The notes beneath the pieces were generated by a model that ran no database searches, was not told where the DNA came from, and worked only from the letters and a program-made list of their open reading frames with translations. Of a stretch of DNA of 64,000 bases, positions 10,454 to 22,795 are shown piece after piece. The position numbers and the translations under genes are program-made. Source of the stretch: Bacillota bacterium. Its GTDB lineage: Bacteria; Bacillota; JAAYKD01. Each line of letters starts with the position of its first letter. Within the stretch, counting starts at the first letter, position 1. Location of the stretch: contig OY762825.2 in assembly GCA_963666425.2 (NCBI GenBank), forward strand, positions 672,001 to 736,000, in the 5' to 3' direction.

Positions 10454-11626
10454 CTATTTCATCATTTCCGCAAATTTCGCAGTCGCTTTTTCGATGCTGA
10501 CTGCTTTACCCTGCGCTTGTAAGGCTTCCCCAATTAAGACGATCGCTTTCTGCAGCATTTCGGGGGTTGTGTTGCCCATATGTCCGAAACGGAAGGCTTT
10601 CCCGGCTAAACTTGCCAGTGAACCTGCAAACACCACACCTTTTTCAGCCAGATAACTGCGGAACTGAGCATCGTTCACACCTTCGGGATATAGAATGCAG
10701 CTTAAGGTTGGTGCGGCAATCTCTTCCGGAGCCAATGCTTGCATGCCATATTCGGCCAAAGCAGCACGGACCGCCTTACCGGCTTTGGCATGGCGCGCAA
10801 AACGAGCCGGCAGACCTTCTGCCATGACTAATTTCATACCGGCCTCATAGGCGTTAACCATATTCACAGCAGGTGTGGCATAATATTTACCTGGGTTTTC
10901 CATCACCGGCTGCCACATTTTGATATCGGCATAATAAGCCGGAATGGTTTCCATCGCTGCTCTGGCGGCCAGCGCCTTTGCTCCAAAAGCTAAAATCGCT
11001 AAACCCGGCGGTACCGCAATGGCTTTCTGGCTGCCGGTCAGAATAACATCAATTTTATAATCGGGATGATTCGCATAGGCTTTATCCATATCTTCTTCCA
11101 ATGCTGCGGCAGCGCAGACACCATCCAAGATAAAGAGAGCACCGCTGGCTTTGACCAAAGGAACCAGTTCTTCCAGGTTTGCTACCACACCGGTCGAGGT
11201 ATCGACATGCGTCACAGTAACGGCTTTATAATGGCCGTTCGCCAATTTGGCTTTTACCTCGGCAAGATCTACATGTTCACCCCAGGCAGATTGGATCGTA
11301 TCGGTCTGGATGCCAAAAGCTTTGGCAAGCTGCAGGAAGCGATCACCAAAATAACCATGTGATAGAACAAGAATCTTCTCACCCGGTTTGACCGTATTCA
11401 CAATTGCCATCTCCATGGCTAAGGTTCCGGAACCGCAAACCACAAAGACTTGTCCATCGCGGCAATGAAACATTTCTCTGGTCATTTTCAGTGCATTGGC
11501 ATAATTCGCCACGAATCTTGGATCGGTATGTGCATATGTTTCACCGGCCAAAGCCTCATAAACCTCATCAGAAACCGGAGTGGGTCCCGGAATCAACAAC
11601 ATTTCTTTGTTCTTGGTCATTGTCAT
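10454..11626 (-). CDS. Class V aminotransferase (alanine-glyoxylate/serine-pyruvate family)
   Basis: LIPGPT, HVDTSTG, TGSQKA-PPG, FRFGHMG. Confidence 0.88.
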   Translation of the reverse strand: MTMTKNKEMLLIPGPTPVSDEVYEALAGETYAHTDPRFVANYANALKMTREMFHCRDGQVFVVCGSGTLAMEMAIVNTVKPGEKILVLSHGYFGDRFLQLAKAFGIQTDTIQSAWGEHVDLAEVKAKLANGHYKAVTVTHVDTSTGVVANLEELVPLVKASGALFILDGVCAAAALEEDMDKAYANHPDYKIDVILTGSQKAIAVPPGLAILAFGAKALAARAAMETIPAYYADIKMWQPVMENPGKYYATPAVNMVNAYEAGMKLVMAEGLPARFARHAKAGKAVRAALAEYGMQALAPEEIAAPTLSCILYPEGVNDAQFRSYLAEKGVVFAGSLASLAGKAFRFGHMGNTTPEMLQKAIVLIGEALQAQGKAVSIEKATAKFAEMMK

Positions 11627-11697
11627 AATAAAACGCCTCCTAAATTGATTTTTATCACTTCAGAGCTGACTTTCGCTCTGCAAGTTTCAATATCCGT

Positions 11698-13095
11698 TCA
11701 ATCCTGTCCTCGGGCTGCGGCAGGATAGAGCGCCGGTTGATGACGGCGATACCAAAGTTCAGACCAGCGCAGCTGCTCTGCGCGGGATTGTTTTGCGAAT
11801 TGCGCCGCTGCGCTTGCATCGACGGGGATTCCTTGCTCTGACAGTAAATCCAGACGCGCTGTTTGCGCCGCCAATAGCAATAAGCGGCAGGTATTTTCCA
11901 GTTCCGCCAGAATTTGCACGCCATTGCAGGTCCGCATTTCTAAATAGGATAATTGCGCATGCTCTGTTTCAAGTCTGGCGATAAAATCAGCCAGGCGTTC
12001 CGGGTTCAACTGACTGCTGATTTTTGCTTGTACCAGCAAATCATCCAACAGTAAATCCGCCGGCATGATCTCCATTTTGTCAGAATCAACAGCTTGTAAA
12101 CCTTGATAACAATTACCTAAATCACGCAATGAGCTTCCGACCGAACCGCTGCGATCCTGCAGCAAGACTGCGTCCAACCAAGGGAAAACATCGTTTTCCA
12201 GATTGGTCTCCCGGCACCAAAAGATACCCGCCGCAAAAACACAAGGGTAATAGCAAATTGGTTCACAGACCGGCCAACCGGCTTGGGGCTGCAGATCTAC
12301 TAAGATGCCTTCACAAGCTGTGCTGAGGCTCTGCTCCGCTGTCTGAGTGAGCTGCCGAATCGCCAGATCCGTCGCGCCTGCCACTGTGTTGCTCAGATAA
12401 CAATCGCCATAAGCCAAGTGTTCGCTGCGCATGACCTCCTGTATCGTTTGCTGTCGGTGCGCATGAACCCGGATAAATTGCCCGGCGGCATAATCAGCCA
12501 ACCGATAGAGTTCCTCTTCAGAGAATTGCTGCAGACCATAGGCGTCCTCTTCGCACCGTGCGAAGAACAGATCGAGACGATTATACTTTAAAGCCGCCAG
12601 GCGGTCAACCCAAGCCAATAGATTCTGCAGCGTTTGGGTTCTGCCGTTAGAAAAGTGAAAGGCAGCGCTGCGCTCTGCAAAGTCCGGCCAATCGGTAACA
12701 TAACAAGTCGGCAGCGTTCGCCCGCTGAATAAAATGATCTGCCTTAACGTCTGCAGGCCAAACGCAGCGCCGACCGCATTTTTCGCACCAATATAGATCC
12801 GTTTTTGATCAATTTCCAAACGATAGCCCTGTTCATGGCGCAGCCGCGCTGCATTGCAGTCTACTACGGCAGAAAATCCTGCATCCTGCGGTAAGACCGT
12901 GCTGATCCTGACTTCAATTCCGATTTCCCGGCTGATTTCCTGCTGAAAGGCAACCGCCAAAGGCCATAAGACAGTCCGCTGTTCTTCCGGCAGCAAGAGA
13001 AAAAAAGGGGAAGGCAGCTGAGTGTCCGGACGATGCCAGATCACGGTACGCGGAGCCGGGGTGAGAGGCGGCGTGAGTTTTGGATAACGGGGCAT
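11698..13095 (-). CDS. GH20-like protein (zincin-like N-domain; catalytic barrel appears internally deleted)
   Basis: EQGYRLEI, FGLQTLRQI, DWPDFAER and LKYNRL motifs, but no H-x-G-x-DE catalytic motif. Confidence 0.6.
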   Translation of the reverse strand: MPRYPKLTPPLTPAPRTVIWHRPDTQLPSPFFLLLPEEQRTVLWPLAVAFQQEISREIGIEVRISTVLPQDAGFSAVVDCNAARLRHEQGYRLEIDQKRIYIGAKNAVGAAFGLQTLRQIILFSGRTLPTCYVTDWPDFAERSAAFHFSNGRTQTLQNLLAWVDRLAALKYNRLDLFFARCEEDAYGLQQFSEEELYRLADYAAGQFIRVHAHRQQTIQEVMRSEHLAYGDCYLSNTVAGATDLAIRQLTQTAEQSLSTACEGILVDLQPQAGWPVCEPICYYPCVFAAGIFWCRETNLENDVFPWLDAVLLQDRSGSVGSSLRDLGNCYQGLQAVDSDKMEIMPADLLLDDLLVQAKISSQLNPERLADFIARLETEHAQLSYLEMRTCNGVQILAELENTCRLLLLAAQTARLDLLSEQGIPVDASAAAQFAKQSRAEQLRWSELWYRRHQPALYPAAARGQD

Positions 13096-13341
13096 AAAAA
13101 GAACCTCCGTAATCAGAATCCATACAAATATCTTTTACTTCTCTCTTATACGTTCTCTTCCCTTCTTTCACTGCCAACCGTAGTTCTAGTTTTCTGACTC
13201 TGCCTTTTTATTACAATAAGAACCGAATTAAGACAAGTAAAAAGGAATGAGTCTCCTGAAGAGCAGACTCATTCCCCCTGCATGTTGCTTCGCAGCAGAC
13301 AAAAAGCCGCAAAGAGCGATTGACGTACCGCTTTTTAGTTT

Positions 13342-14004
13342 TTACAGTTCTTCTTTTTGCTGCTTGCGGCCGCAGACAATATTCAAATTGCCGTTGCGGC
13401 AGCGCAGTTCATCCAGGAATGCCTTACAGATGCCGGTATCCCGCAGTGTAATATGATAATGTAAATCATAGAGCGTGCCCATATTGCTTGTCTTCACTTT
13501 ATATAAATCGGCATCCGTGGTATATTTAGCAAAGATATCGTCAAAGATTCCTTCATACTCTAAATTCTCCGGGATCGTGATTTTCAGGTCTTTCTCCGCC
13601 TCCGACATTTCACCAAACTGCAGCGTAGAAAGCAGCAGCATAACCAATCCGATCACGATGCAAAATAAAATGGCCAAGGCGATATAACCCATACCGGTTG
13701 CTAAACCAATTGCCATAGCAAAGAAAATGCTGCTGATCTCTTTGGCTCCACCTGCTACGGAACGAAAGCGGACCAAACTGAACGTACCCGCGACAGCGAC
13801 TCCGGCACCGATATTACCGTTCACCATCATGATCACAAACTGCACCAGCGCAGGTAAAAGTACCAAGGTTACCACAAAACTTTTATTGTAGCGATTTTTA
13901 AACATATAGGCTGCCGCAATCGCCAGACCTAAACTCAAAGAGACTGCGGTGCAGAGGAAAAATACCGGCAGCGTAAGACTGCTTTGAACGATGCTAGCCA
14001 ACAT
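13342..14004 (-). CDS. DUF4956 membrane protein
   Basis: GNIGAGVAVAGTFSLVRFRS, LRCRNGNL; typical partner of VTC-domain proteins. Confidence 0.88.
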   Translation of the reverse strand: MLASIVQSSLTLPVFFLCTAVSLSLGLAIAAAYMFKNRYNKSFVVTLVLLPALVQFVIMMVNGNIGAGVAVAGTFSLVRFRSVAGGAKEISSIFFAMAIGLATGMGYIALAILFCIVIGLVMLLLSTLQFGEMSEAEKDLKITIPENLEYEGIFDDIFAKYTTDADLYKVKTSNMGTLYDLHYHITLRDTGICKAFLDELRCRNGNLNIVCGRKQQKEEL

Positions 14005-14725
14005 TCACTTTCACTTCTTTCTGCGAAAATTCTTGGAATAATAACTTCTGATAACAAATACCATATTTAGAAAACGAAGTGGGAAATAGATTCAGCTCAG
14101 ATAAGAGGCGGCTCAGCCAGAGCGGCGCTCCTGCGGGGATTTTGATTTCCATCAGAATCTGACCCGTCTGCAGCAGCGGTGATCCCCAATCACCTTGACT
14201 CAATTCCAATTGCGTGGAACGGGCACGGATATTTTGATCAAAGGTCAACCGCAGTTCGCTGTCCTCTTGACCAAAGAAAGCGATACGGTCATAAGCGATG
14301 AATGCTTTGGCTTTGGGTTGATAGAACTGTATAAACCAATCGATTTCACGCATGATCTGCCCCTTTTCTGCCGGATGCAGACCAGCCCGGAAATAATTAC
14401 GCGCTTCCTCCAAACTCATTTTCACTCTGCGTTTGTAAACAATGCCGTCGTATTTTTTTTTAATTTCGAGAAAAACCGGATCACCTTTTTGAGGAATTCC
14501 ATAACTGCGCAGCCGCAGTTTTTCCTTATAAATCGGTTTTTCAATAGAATTACGGATCAGCGTATATTGGTCCGTATCAAAATAAAGATTGCAGATGGTG
14601 TGCCGGCCGTAAGAATCCATCGCCATATACCCTTTGAGGCGAGCTCTCAAAGTTTCAAATTGCTGTTGATTCAAGAGATATTTCACTTCGTAGCGCTGAA
14701 ACACACTCTCTATTTGCTGTGCCAT
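13994..14725 (-). CDS. VTC-domain polyphosphate polymerase-like protein
   Basis: RYEVKY, YFDT, KEKLRLRSY, LEIKKK, RLTFD, FSKY. Confidence 0.88.
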   Translation of the reverse strand: MAQQIESVFQRYEVKYLLNQQQFETLRARLKGYMAMDSYGRHTICNLYFDTDQYTLIRNSIEKPIYKEKLRLRSYGIPQKGDPVFLEIKKKYDGIVYKRRVKMSLEEARNYFRAGLHPAEKGQIMREIDWFIQFYQPKAKAFIAYDRIAFFGQEDSELRLTFDQNIRARSTQLELSQGDWGSPLLQTGQILMEIKIPAGAPLWLSRLLSELNLFPTSFSKYGICYQKLLFQEFSQKEVKVNVG

Positions 14726-14854
14726 ACTCTTCCCTCCTCTGTTTTACTGCAGCACCTCGGCTCTATTTACTATGGCCAGCATAACGGTGTTTCCTTAAAA
14801 ACAACTGAAATCAAACTGCTATTTTATGAAAAAATCATGGCAAGCCACAAAAAG

Positions 14855-14898
14855 AAAAAGGTGACAGAATCTGCAATTGCAAATTCTGTCACCCTTTT
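14855..14898. terminator. Intrinsic terminator downstream of guaB
   Basis: GGTGACAGAAT...ATTCTGTCACC stem flanked by A and T tracts. Confidence 0.75.
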
Positions 14899-14910
14899 TG
14901 GTTTTTTTCT

Positions 14911-16430
<1,520 letters not shown>

Positions 16431-16760
16431 TCCTTTTTAATGTTGCTTTTCACAGTATTTTGTAGGTTGTGTTTTGTCAACTGATATTTCGGCAGTTCAA
16501 CTTAAAAGATCATGATAAATCATCTGTTTTGAACCAGCGAGACGCGTTTTCTCTCGCGGCTTTGCTGCGGGAGATTATTTCAGTTTACGACAAAAAAATT
16601 CAAAAGCTAAGAAAATGACACAAACAATTCATCATCCGCCTGCCAGGTTTGCTTTTTTCGTAACTGCTTTCTTATACTATCTTGCCTTGAAAGTGCTATA
16701 ATTTATAAAAAGCAGATTGCAAAGGCTGAGCATAGAAAAACACAAGGGAGGGTATACCAG

Positions 16761-17750
16761 TTGATTGAAGTAAAAGGACTGACGAAGCAATATGGCAGCC
16801 ATACTGCCGTATCGGATCTCACATTCACAGTCGATAATGGCCAGATCTATGGCTTGCTCGGACCAAACGGAGCCGGCAAAACAACTACGATGAATATCAT
16901 TACCGGCTGCCTGGCAGCGACTGCCGGTCAGGTCAGCATCGATGGTCATGATATCTTCGAAGAACCTGAGGCTGCCAAACGGTTAATCGGCTATTTACCG
17001 GAAATGCCGCCGCTTTACCAGGACATGACACCAAAAGAATATCTTGAATTTGTCGCCAGAGCCAAGGGTGTCAAAACAGCGGATTTGTCGGAGCAGTTGC
17101 TGCAAGTGATTCAAATCACCCAAATTGCCGAAGTGCAGAACAGGCTGATCAAGAATCTCTCCAAAGGTTATAAACAGCGGGTTGGAATTGCGCAAGCCCT
17201 CTTGGGCGATCCGGAAATTATCATTTTAGATGAACCAACCGTCGGTCTGGATCCGAAACAGATCATAGAAATCCGTTCCCTAATCAAAACATTAGGCAAG
17301 ACACACACGGTCATTCTCAGCAGCCACATTCTTTCGGAAGTCCGCGCGATCTGCGACTCGATTATGATCCTGTCCAATGGTAAATTGGTTGCCAGCGACA
17401 CACCGGAAAACCTGGAAAGACTTTTTGCCGGTTCTTCCACGATGGAATTGACCGTTAAGGCGAGCCGCGAAGAAGCGCAGCAGGCTTTCTTCACCGTGAG
17501 CGGACTTTCACAAATTGAGTATGCCCCTGGCAAATCAGCAGACCTTTTGGATATCACGCTTTCTTATGCCAAAGCCACTGCACCGGCGGAAGAAATCTTC
17601 TTTGCTTTTTGCAGGCTGCAGCGTCCAATTTTAAAAATGACCGAAACCCATGTCAGTCTGGAAGATATTTTCATTGAGTTGACTTCGGAAAAAGAAAACG
17701 CTCCGCAATTGCTCGAAGAAGTCAAAACAGAGAAAGGAGAGAGAGCATGA
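16761..17750 (+). CDS. ABC transporter ATP-binding protein (GldA-like)
   Basis: GPNGAGKT, LSKGYKQR, ILDEPT. Confidence 0.9.
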   Translation: MIEVKGLTKQYGSHTAVSDLTFTVDNGQIYGLLGPNGAGKTTTMNIITGCLAATAGQVSIDGHDIFEEPEAAKRLIGYLPEMPPLYQDMTPKEYLEFVARAKGVKTADLSEQLLQVIQITQIAEVQNRLIKNLSKGYKQRVGIAQALLGDPEIIILDEPTVGLDPKQIIEIRSLIKTLGKTHTVILSSHILSEVRAICDSIMILSNGKLVASDTPENLERLFAGSSTMELTVKASREEAQQAFFTVSGLSQIEYAPGKSADLLDITLSYAKATAPAEEIFFAFCRLQRPILKMTETHVSLEDIFIELTSEKENAPQLLEEVKTEKGERA

Positions 17751-18610
17751 AAGCGGTTTTTCAAAGAGAAGTAAAATCCTATTATGATGGCGTGCTTGGT
17801 TATATTTTCACTGCTTTCCTTTTACTGTTTGCCGGAATTTATACCATGGTCATCAACCTGAATGCCAGTTACACCAATTTCGAATATGTGCTTGGCAATA
17901 TGACATTTATTTTTTTAGTGATTACACCAATCCTCAGCATGAGAGTCATCGCGGAAGAAAAACGGCAGAAAACCGATCAGCTGCTTTATTCCCTGCCGAT
18001 CAGCATGACGAAAATCGTCCTGGCTAAATATCTGGCAATGTTGTTCGTTTTAGCGGTTCCCACTGTCATCATTGGTTTTTATCCCCTGATCCTCTCGTTA
18101 TACGGCTCGGTCCATCTGCTTGCTTCCTATGGTACCCTGCTTGCCTTCTTCTTACTAGGTGCCGCTCTACTGGCGATCGGACTGTTTATCTCCTCCCTGA
18201 CAGAAAATCAGGCTTTTGCAGCTGTCCTTTGTTTTCTGGTTTTATTACTCAACTATTTTCTGGCAGACTTAGTCAGCTATCTGCCCGTTACCGTCGGTGC
18301 CTCCTTTGCAGCCGCCACCGCGGCAGTGCTGCTGCTGGCAGTCATCGTCTGGTATCTGACCAAAAGCAGTCTGTCGGCGGTCTTGCTGACGGTGTTGGGG
18401 GAAGGCGCTTTGCTTCTGACGAAGATCTTCTCCTCCGCCAGTTTAGAAAATCTCCTGCCTACTCTATTAGGGAGCCTGTCCTTATTCAAACGTTTCTATG
18501 TTTTTCCCAATGGCGTTTTTGATCTGACTGCGCTGGTCTATTTTTTGATGGTCATGCTCGTTTTTGTCTTTTTGACCATACAGGCAATGGAAAAAAGGAG
18601 GTGGAGCTAA
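17747..18610 (+). CDS. ABC-2 permease (GldF-like)
   Basis: MRVIAEEK, TDQLL, AKYLA; multi-TM; overlaps the ATPase stop. Confidence 0.85.
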   Translation: MKAVFQREVKSYYDGVLGYIFTAFLLLFAGIYTMVINLNASYTNFEYVLGNMTFIFLVITPILSMRVIAEEKRQKTDQLLYSLPISMTKIVLAKYLAMLFVLAVPTVIIGFYPLILSLYGSVHLLASYGTLLAFFLLGAALLAIGLFISSLTENQAFAAVLCFLVLLLNYFLADLVSYLPVTVGASFAAATAAVLLLAVIVWYLTKSSLSAVLLTVLGEGALLLTKIFSSASLENLLPTLLGSLSLFKRFYVFPNGVFDLTALVYFLMVMLVFVFLTIQAMEKRRWS

Positions 18611-20095
18611 ATGCAGAAAAGCATAAACCGTTTTTTGCAGGATCTGAAAGCCGGCTTCCAACGCTCCACTGATCCCAAACAATTTCACAGCAAGGCCTTT
18701 CAGATCGGCAGTTACAGTGCCTCTGCTTCCTTCATCGTTATTGCCATTGCCATTGCCATTGTTCTGCTGGTCAATCGTTTACCGACCAAATACACCCAAT
18801 TGGATATGACGAGAAATCAGCTCTTCAGCCTATCTGAACAAACAGAAACGTTGGTATCCTCGTTAACCGAACCGGTAGAAATCTATCTGTTGGCCCAAAG
18901 CGGAGAAGAAGATGCCACGCTGCAGCAGCTCCTGAGCCGCTACAAGGATTTAAGCGATCAAGTCAGCGTGATGGTAAAAGATCCGGTCGCCAATCCCGGC
19001 TTCAGCAAGCAATATACGACGGCCACGGTCAGCAACAACAGTGTGATTGTAGTCAGCGGCAGCCGCAGCCAGTTTATCAGCTATGGTTCCATCTATGTCA
19101 CTGATTACAGTAATTACAGCAAAACCGGAACCTACAGCACGTCATTTGATGGAGAAAGCAGTCTGACCAGCGCTATCGATTATGTCACCAGTGAAAATCT
19201 GCCAACCATGTATCGTTTGAGCGGACATGGTGAAGCCGATTTAAGCAGCACGATGACAACAGCCATTGCCAAAGAGAATATTAATCTGGCTGATTTGAGT
19301 CTGCTGACGGTAGATGGCGTCCCGACTGATACAGCCTGCTTATTGATCTATGCACCGGCTTCCGACCTTTCCGCCGATGAGAAAACTAAAATTCTCAGTT
19401 ATCTGCAAAAAGGTGGAAATCTGATGCTTTTCACCAATTACACCGAAACCGAGATGCCAAATCTGGCTGCCGTGATGGCTTATTACGGTACGGCAGCGGT
19501 CAATGGTCTGGTTTTGGAAGCGGATGCCAATTATTTCATTCGGGGTTACAGCCATTATTTGCTGCCGAAAATCAATTATCATGAAATCACTTCCCCGCTG
19601 CAAAGCGGCGGTTATTATGTCTTGGCTCCCTACGCGCACGGAATCACAACCTTAGCCGATTTACGCAGCACACTGAGTGTGACAAAACTTTTAACGACCA
19701 CGGACAGCTCTTATGCTAAAATGGCTGGTTATCAAATGACCACCACAGATCGGGAAGCGACGGATCTGAGCGGACCTTTTGCGGTGGGGGTTGCCATCAC
19801 TGAAACCATTGACAGTGTAGAAACGCAGATTGTTTGGTATGCGACTTCCAGTCTGCTGGACGATACCGTCAACCAAACCGTATCAGGAGCAAATCAGGAT
19901 CTCTTCCTCAATTCGATCAACTGGATGTGCGGCCGGGAAGACAGCATTACCATTCACTCCAAGAGTATGACTACCGAAACCCTGACGATCCCTTCCGGCA
20001 TGAGCGCCAGGTTGAGTCTGGTCTTTATCGGGATTATCCCCCTCACCTGTCTTGCCGCCGGCGTTAGCGTGTGGCGGGAAAGGAAACGCAAATGA
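18611..20095 (+). CDS. GldG-family ABC auxiliary protein
   Basis: DMTRNQLFSLSEQT, FDGESSLTSAI, GHGE, N-DLFLNSINW; N- and C-terminal TM helices. Confidence 0.85.
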   Translation: MQKSINRFLQDLKAGFQRSTDPKQFHSKAFQIGSYSASASFIVIAIAIAIVLLVNRLPTKYTQLDMTRNQLFSLSEQTETLVSSLTEPVEIYLLAQSGEEDATLQQLLSRYKDLSDQVSVMVKDPVANPGFSKQYTTATVSNNSVIVVSGSRSQFISYGSIYVTDYSNYSKTGTYSTSFDGESSLTSAIDYVTSENLPTMYRLSGHGEADLSSTMTTAIAKENINLADLSLLTVDGVPTDTACLLIYAPASDLSADEKTKILSYLQKGGNLMLFTNYTETEMPNLAAVMAYYGTAAVNGLVLEADANYFIRGYSHYLLPKINYHEITSPLQSGGYYVLAPYAHGITTLADLRSTLSVTKLLTTTDSSYAKMAGYQMTTTDREATDLSGPFAVGVAITETIDSVETQIVWYATSSLLDDTVNQTVSGANQDLFLNSINWMCGREDSITIHSKSMTTETLTIPSGMSARLSLVFIGIIPLTCLAAGVSVWRERKRK

Positions 20096-20643
20096 GAAAT
20101 CGGAACCGCAGGCTGCTGATACTACTACTGCTGCTTTTCAGCCTGATTGGCTGCTATGAATTCGTCAGCTATCTTTCGGCAAAAAACGCCAGTGCAAGTG
20201 AGGCAGCCAAAACGATCGCCATTCTGCCGGATTTACAAGCGGAGGAAATCAGCCAGCTAATGTGGGCATACAAAGGAGAGACGGTTACCCTCCATAAATC
20301 CAATCAGACCTGGCAGGCAGCAGAAGATGCCGCTTTGACAATCGATCAAAGCTACCCGGCGGCAATGCTTGCTGCACTCACCTCACTGACAGCCTCCCGC
20401 GAATTGAGCGGCATCGAATTGACCGGTGAATACGGTTTGACTGCTCCTTCTTATGTTTATGTGATTACAACCAACGATCAGCAGGAAATCGTGCTGACGG
20501 TAGGCGACAGAAGCAGCATCAATTCGGATTATTATCTGAGCGTGAGCGGCAGCGATTCTGTGTATTTGGTCAATGACACACTGATCTCCGCTTTTTTATA
20601 CAACTTAGCCGATCTGACAACCCCCGCTGTGACGACGCCTTAA
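20092..20643 (+). CDS. DUF4340-domain protein
   Basis: N-terminal TM helix, EYGLTAP motif; usual fourth gene of gldAFG-like operons. Confidence 0.75.
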   Translation: MRNRNRRLLILLLLLFSLIGCYEFVSYLSAKNASASEAAKTIAILPDLQAEEISQLMWAYKGETVTLHKSNQTWQAAEDAALTIDQSYPAAMLAALTSLTASRELSGIELTGEYGLTAPSYVYVITTNDQQEIVLTVGDRSSINSDYYLSVSGSDSVYLVNDTLISAFLYNLADLTTPAVTTP

Positions 20644-20656
20644 TCTAGAAAAATAA

Positions 20657-20708
20657 AGCAAGCCGGAACACAGAAAACTAATTCTGCGTTCCGGCTTGCT
20701 TTATTTTT
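20657..20708. terminator. Bidirectional terminator
   Basis: AGCAAGCCGGAAC...GTTCCGGCTTGCT inverted repeat between convergent genes. Confidence 0.75.
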
Positions 20709-21447
20709 CTAGGACAGCACAGGGCGTTGCCAAACACTTACCACAAACATCACACCAACCCAGATCGGTAAATTCTGCCGCGTTCGCCAGTAATCTCGCA
20801 TTGCACTGAAATTTATCGAATCCGTTCAGCTGCAGCGCTCCGGTCGGGCATTGGGCAAGACAGACTAAACAGCTGCCGTCTCGATAGTAAAGGCAGTTTT
20901 CTTCTGCAGCAGGAGCATCCGGTTCCAGCTGAATTGCCAGCAGGATCGAACCAAACCTTCCTGCGCAGCCTTTTTTGGTAATCAGCATGCGGTTCACACC
21001 GAAACTGCCCAAACCGGCAATATAAGCTGCACTGCGATGCGACCAAGCAGAAGTCAGTGTTTTTTCGTCATAAGTATGGGTGGGCGGAATCGCAGCAGCA
21101 ACAATTCCCTGGTTTGCCAAATGCTGGATCACCGTTTGAGACACTTTTTCAATCAGGAGATTGGCATCGAGATAACTTTTCGCCCAACCGCGTGACGGTT
21201 GCTGTCCTTGCTGATTTGCTTCGGCAATCTCCTGCGCAAAGGGAACAAAGAAAGAAAGAATTGTTTCGACCGTTGGCAGAAAAAACTGCGGCGGTGCGAT
21301 CCAAGGTCCCACAATCTGCGGCAACTCGGTATATCTTGGATCCAAAGCAGACGAAAAGCCAATCAAAGGCTCACGGAAACTGGCGGCCTGCGCATCGGCA
21401 GCCACGGTGTCCCGAACTAATTGAGCCAGTTCAAGCTTCGTAGCCAT
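20701..21447 (-). CDS. Epoxyqueuosine reductase (QueG)-like 4Fe-4S protein
   Basis: WSHRSAAYIAGLG-FG, GCAGRFGS, C-x6-C-x2-C-x3-CP, CDVCGKC. Confidence 0.75.
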   Translation of the reverse strand: MATKLELAQLVRDTVAADAQAASFREPLIGFSSALDPRYTELPQIVGPWIAPPQFFLPTVETILSFFVPFAQEIAEANQQGQQPSRGWAKSYLDANLLIEKVSQTVIQHLANQGIVAAAIPPTHTYDEKTLTSAWSHRSAAYIAGLGSFGVNRMLITKKGCAGRFGSILLAIQLEPDAPAAEENCLYYRDGSCLVCLAQCPTGALQLNGFDKFQCNARLLANAAEFTDLGWCDVCGKCLATPCAVLEK

Positions 21448-21451
21448 CCCC

Positions 21452-22375
21452 TTACTCCTTGCTTTCCAGCCAAAGGTCCGCGCTGGTGGCAGCCAAAGCA
21501 CCATCGGCAACGGCAGTGACAATTTGTCTGAGCTTCTTCACTCTCAAATCACCGGCCGCATAAACACCCGGCAGCGAAGTCGCCATGGTAGCATCGTTGG
21601 CAACGATATAGTTTTTATCCATCTCCAACTGACCAACAGCGAGCTGCGTCATCGGTGTAAAGCCGACATAAACAAAGATGCCGTCGCAAGGGATCAGTTC
21701 GACAGCTCCGGTCTCAACATGCTGCACTTTTAAAGCAGTTACCTTACGCTCGCCGATGACTTCTTTGCTGACATAAGGGGTTTTGATCGTAATTTTAGGA
21801 TGATTTCTTACTCTGTCCTGCAGTACTTGCGCCGCTCTGAATTCATTGCGGCGATGCAGAATGGTGATGCTGGCTGCAAAACGGGTGAGGAACAACGCTT
21901 CTTCCAAAGCGGAATCACCGCCGCCTACCACCACGATGTGGCGGTCTTTAAAGAAAGCACCGTCACAGGTCGCACAATAGGATACGCCTAAGCCAGTGAA
22001 TTTCTCCTCGCCCGGGACATCCAGCTTTTTAGCCATGGCACCCATGGCTAAAATCACCGCTTTGGCTGCCAGGGAACTGCCGTCGGTAAAAGTGATGATC
22101 TTGGGATCCGCCTGCAGATCGACGGACGTCACTTCGTTGGTAATCATTTTGGTACCAAAGCTCAGGGCCTGCTCACTCAGGGTCTGGGTGAAGTCGGGGC
22201 CACCGATGGTTTTGATGCCAGGGTAATTTTCAATCAGGTAAGTAGTAAAAGCCTGGCCACCGGGGTAGGCTTTCTCCAGAATCACAGTTTCTTTCCCAGC
22301 CCGCCCGGCATAAAGGGCAGCCGCCATGCCGGCAGGACCGGAACCGATGATGGCAATCTCAACGGGATTCGGCAT
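21452..22375 (-). CDS. trxB: Thioredoxin reductase
   Basis: GSGPAG, SYCATCDG, GGGDSA, AAGD. Confidence 0.95.
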   Translation of the reverse strand: MPNPVEIAIIGSGPAGMAAALYAGRAGKETVILEKAYPGGQAFTTYLIENYPGIKTIGGPDFTQTLSEQALSFGTKMITNEVTSVDLQADPKIITFTDGSSLAAKAVILAMGAMAKKLDVPGEEKFTGLGVSYCATCDGAFFKDRHIVVVGGGDSALEEALFLTRFAASITILHRRNEFRAAQVLQDRVRNHPKITIKTPYVSKEVIGERKVTALKVQHVETGAVELIPCDGIFVYVGFTPMTQLAVGQLEMDKNYIVANDATMATSLPGVYAAGDLRVKKLRQIVTAVADGALAATSADLWLESKE

Positions 22376-22766
22376 TTTTCACGGACTCCTTTTCCTGTTT
22401 CTGATTTTGCTGATAATTCTCAATGGCAACCTTTAAAGCGTCGGCAGCCAGATTGGAACAATGTAATTTCACCGGCGGCAGACCGCCTAATTCTTTGGCA
22501 ACATCCGCATTGGTGATTTTAAGTGCTTCTTCCAATGTTTTGCCTTTCGCCATTTCGGTCAATTGTGAAGTGGTCGCAACCGCTGCACCGCAGCCGTAGG
22601 TTTGAAATTTGATGTCTGTAATCACATTATTCTCTACGGTCAGATAGATCCGCATAATGTCGCCGCAGGTGGCATTGCCAACCTCACCGACTCCGCTGGG
22701 GTTTTCGATTTGTCCCATGTTACGAGGATGTTGAAAATGATCCATTACTTTTTCTGTGTATTGCAT
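22359..22766 (-). CDS. iscU: Fe-S cluster scaffold protein (IscU/NifU N-domain)
   Basis: HFQHPRN, CGD, GCGAA, LPPVKLHCS. Confidence 0.93.
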   Translation of the reverse strand: MQYTEKVMDHFQHPRNMGQIENPSGVGEVGNATCGDIMRIYLTVENNVITDIKFQTYGCGAAVATTSQLTEMAKGKTLEEALKITNADVAKELGGLPPVKLHCSNLAADALKVAIENYQQNQKQEKESVKNAESR

Positions 22767-22795
22767 TATTAAAAGCTCCTTTCAGATTTTAAAAA

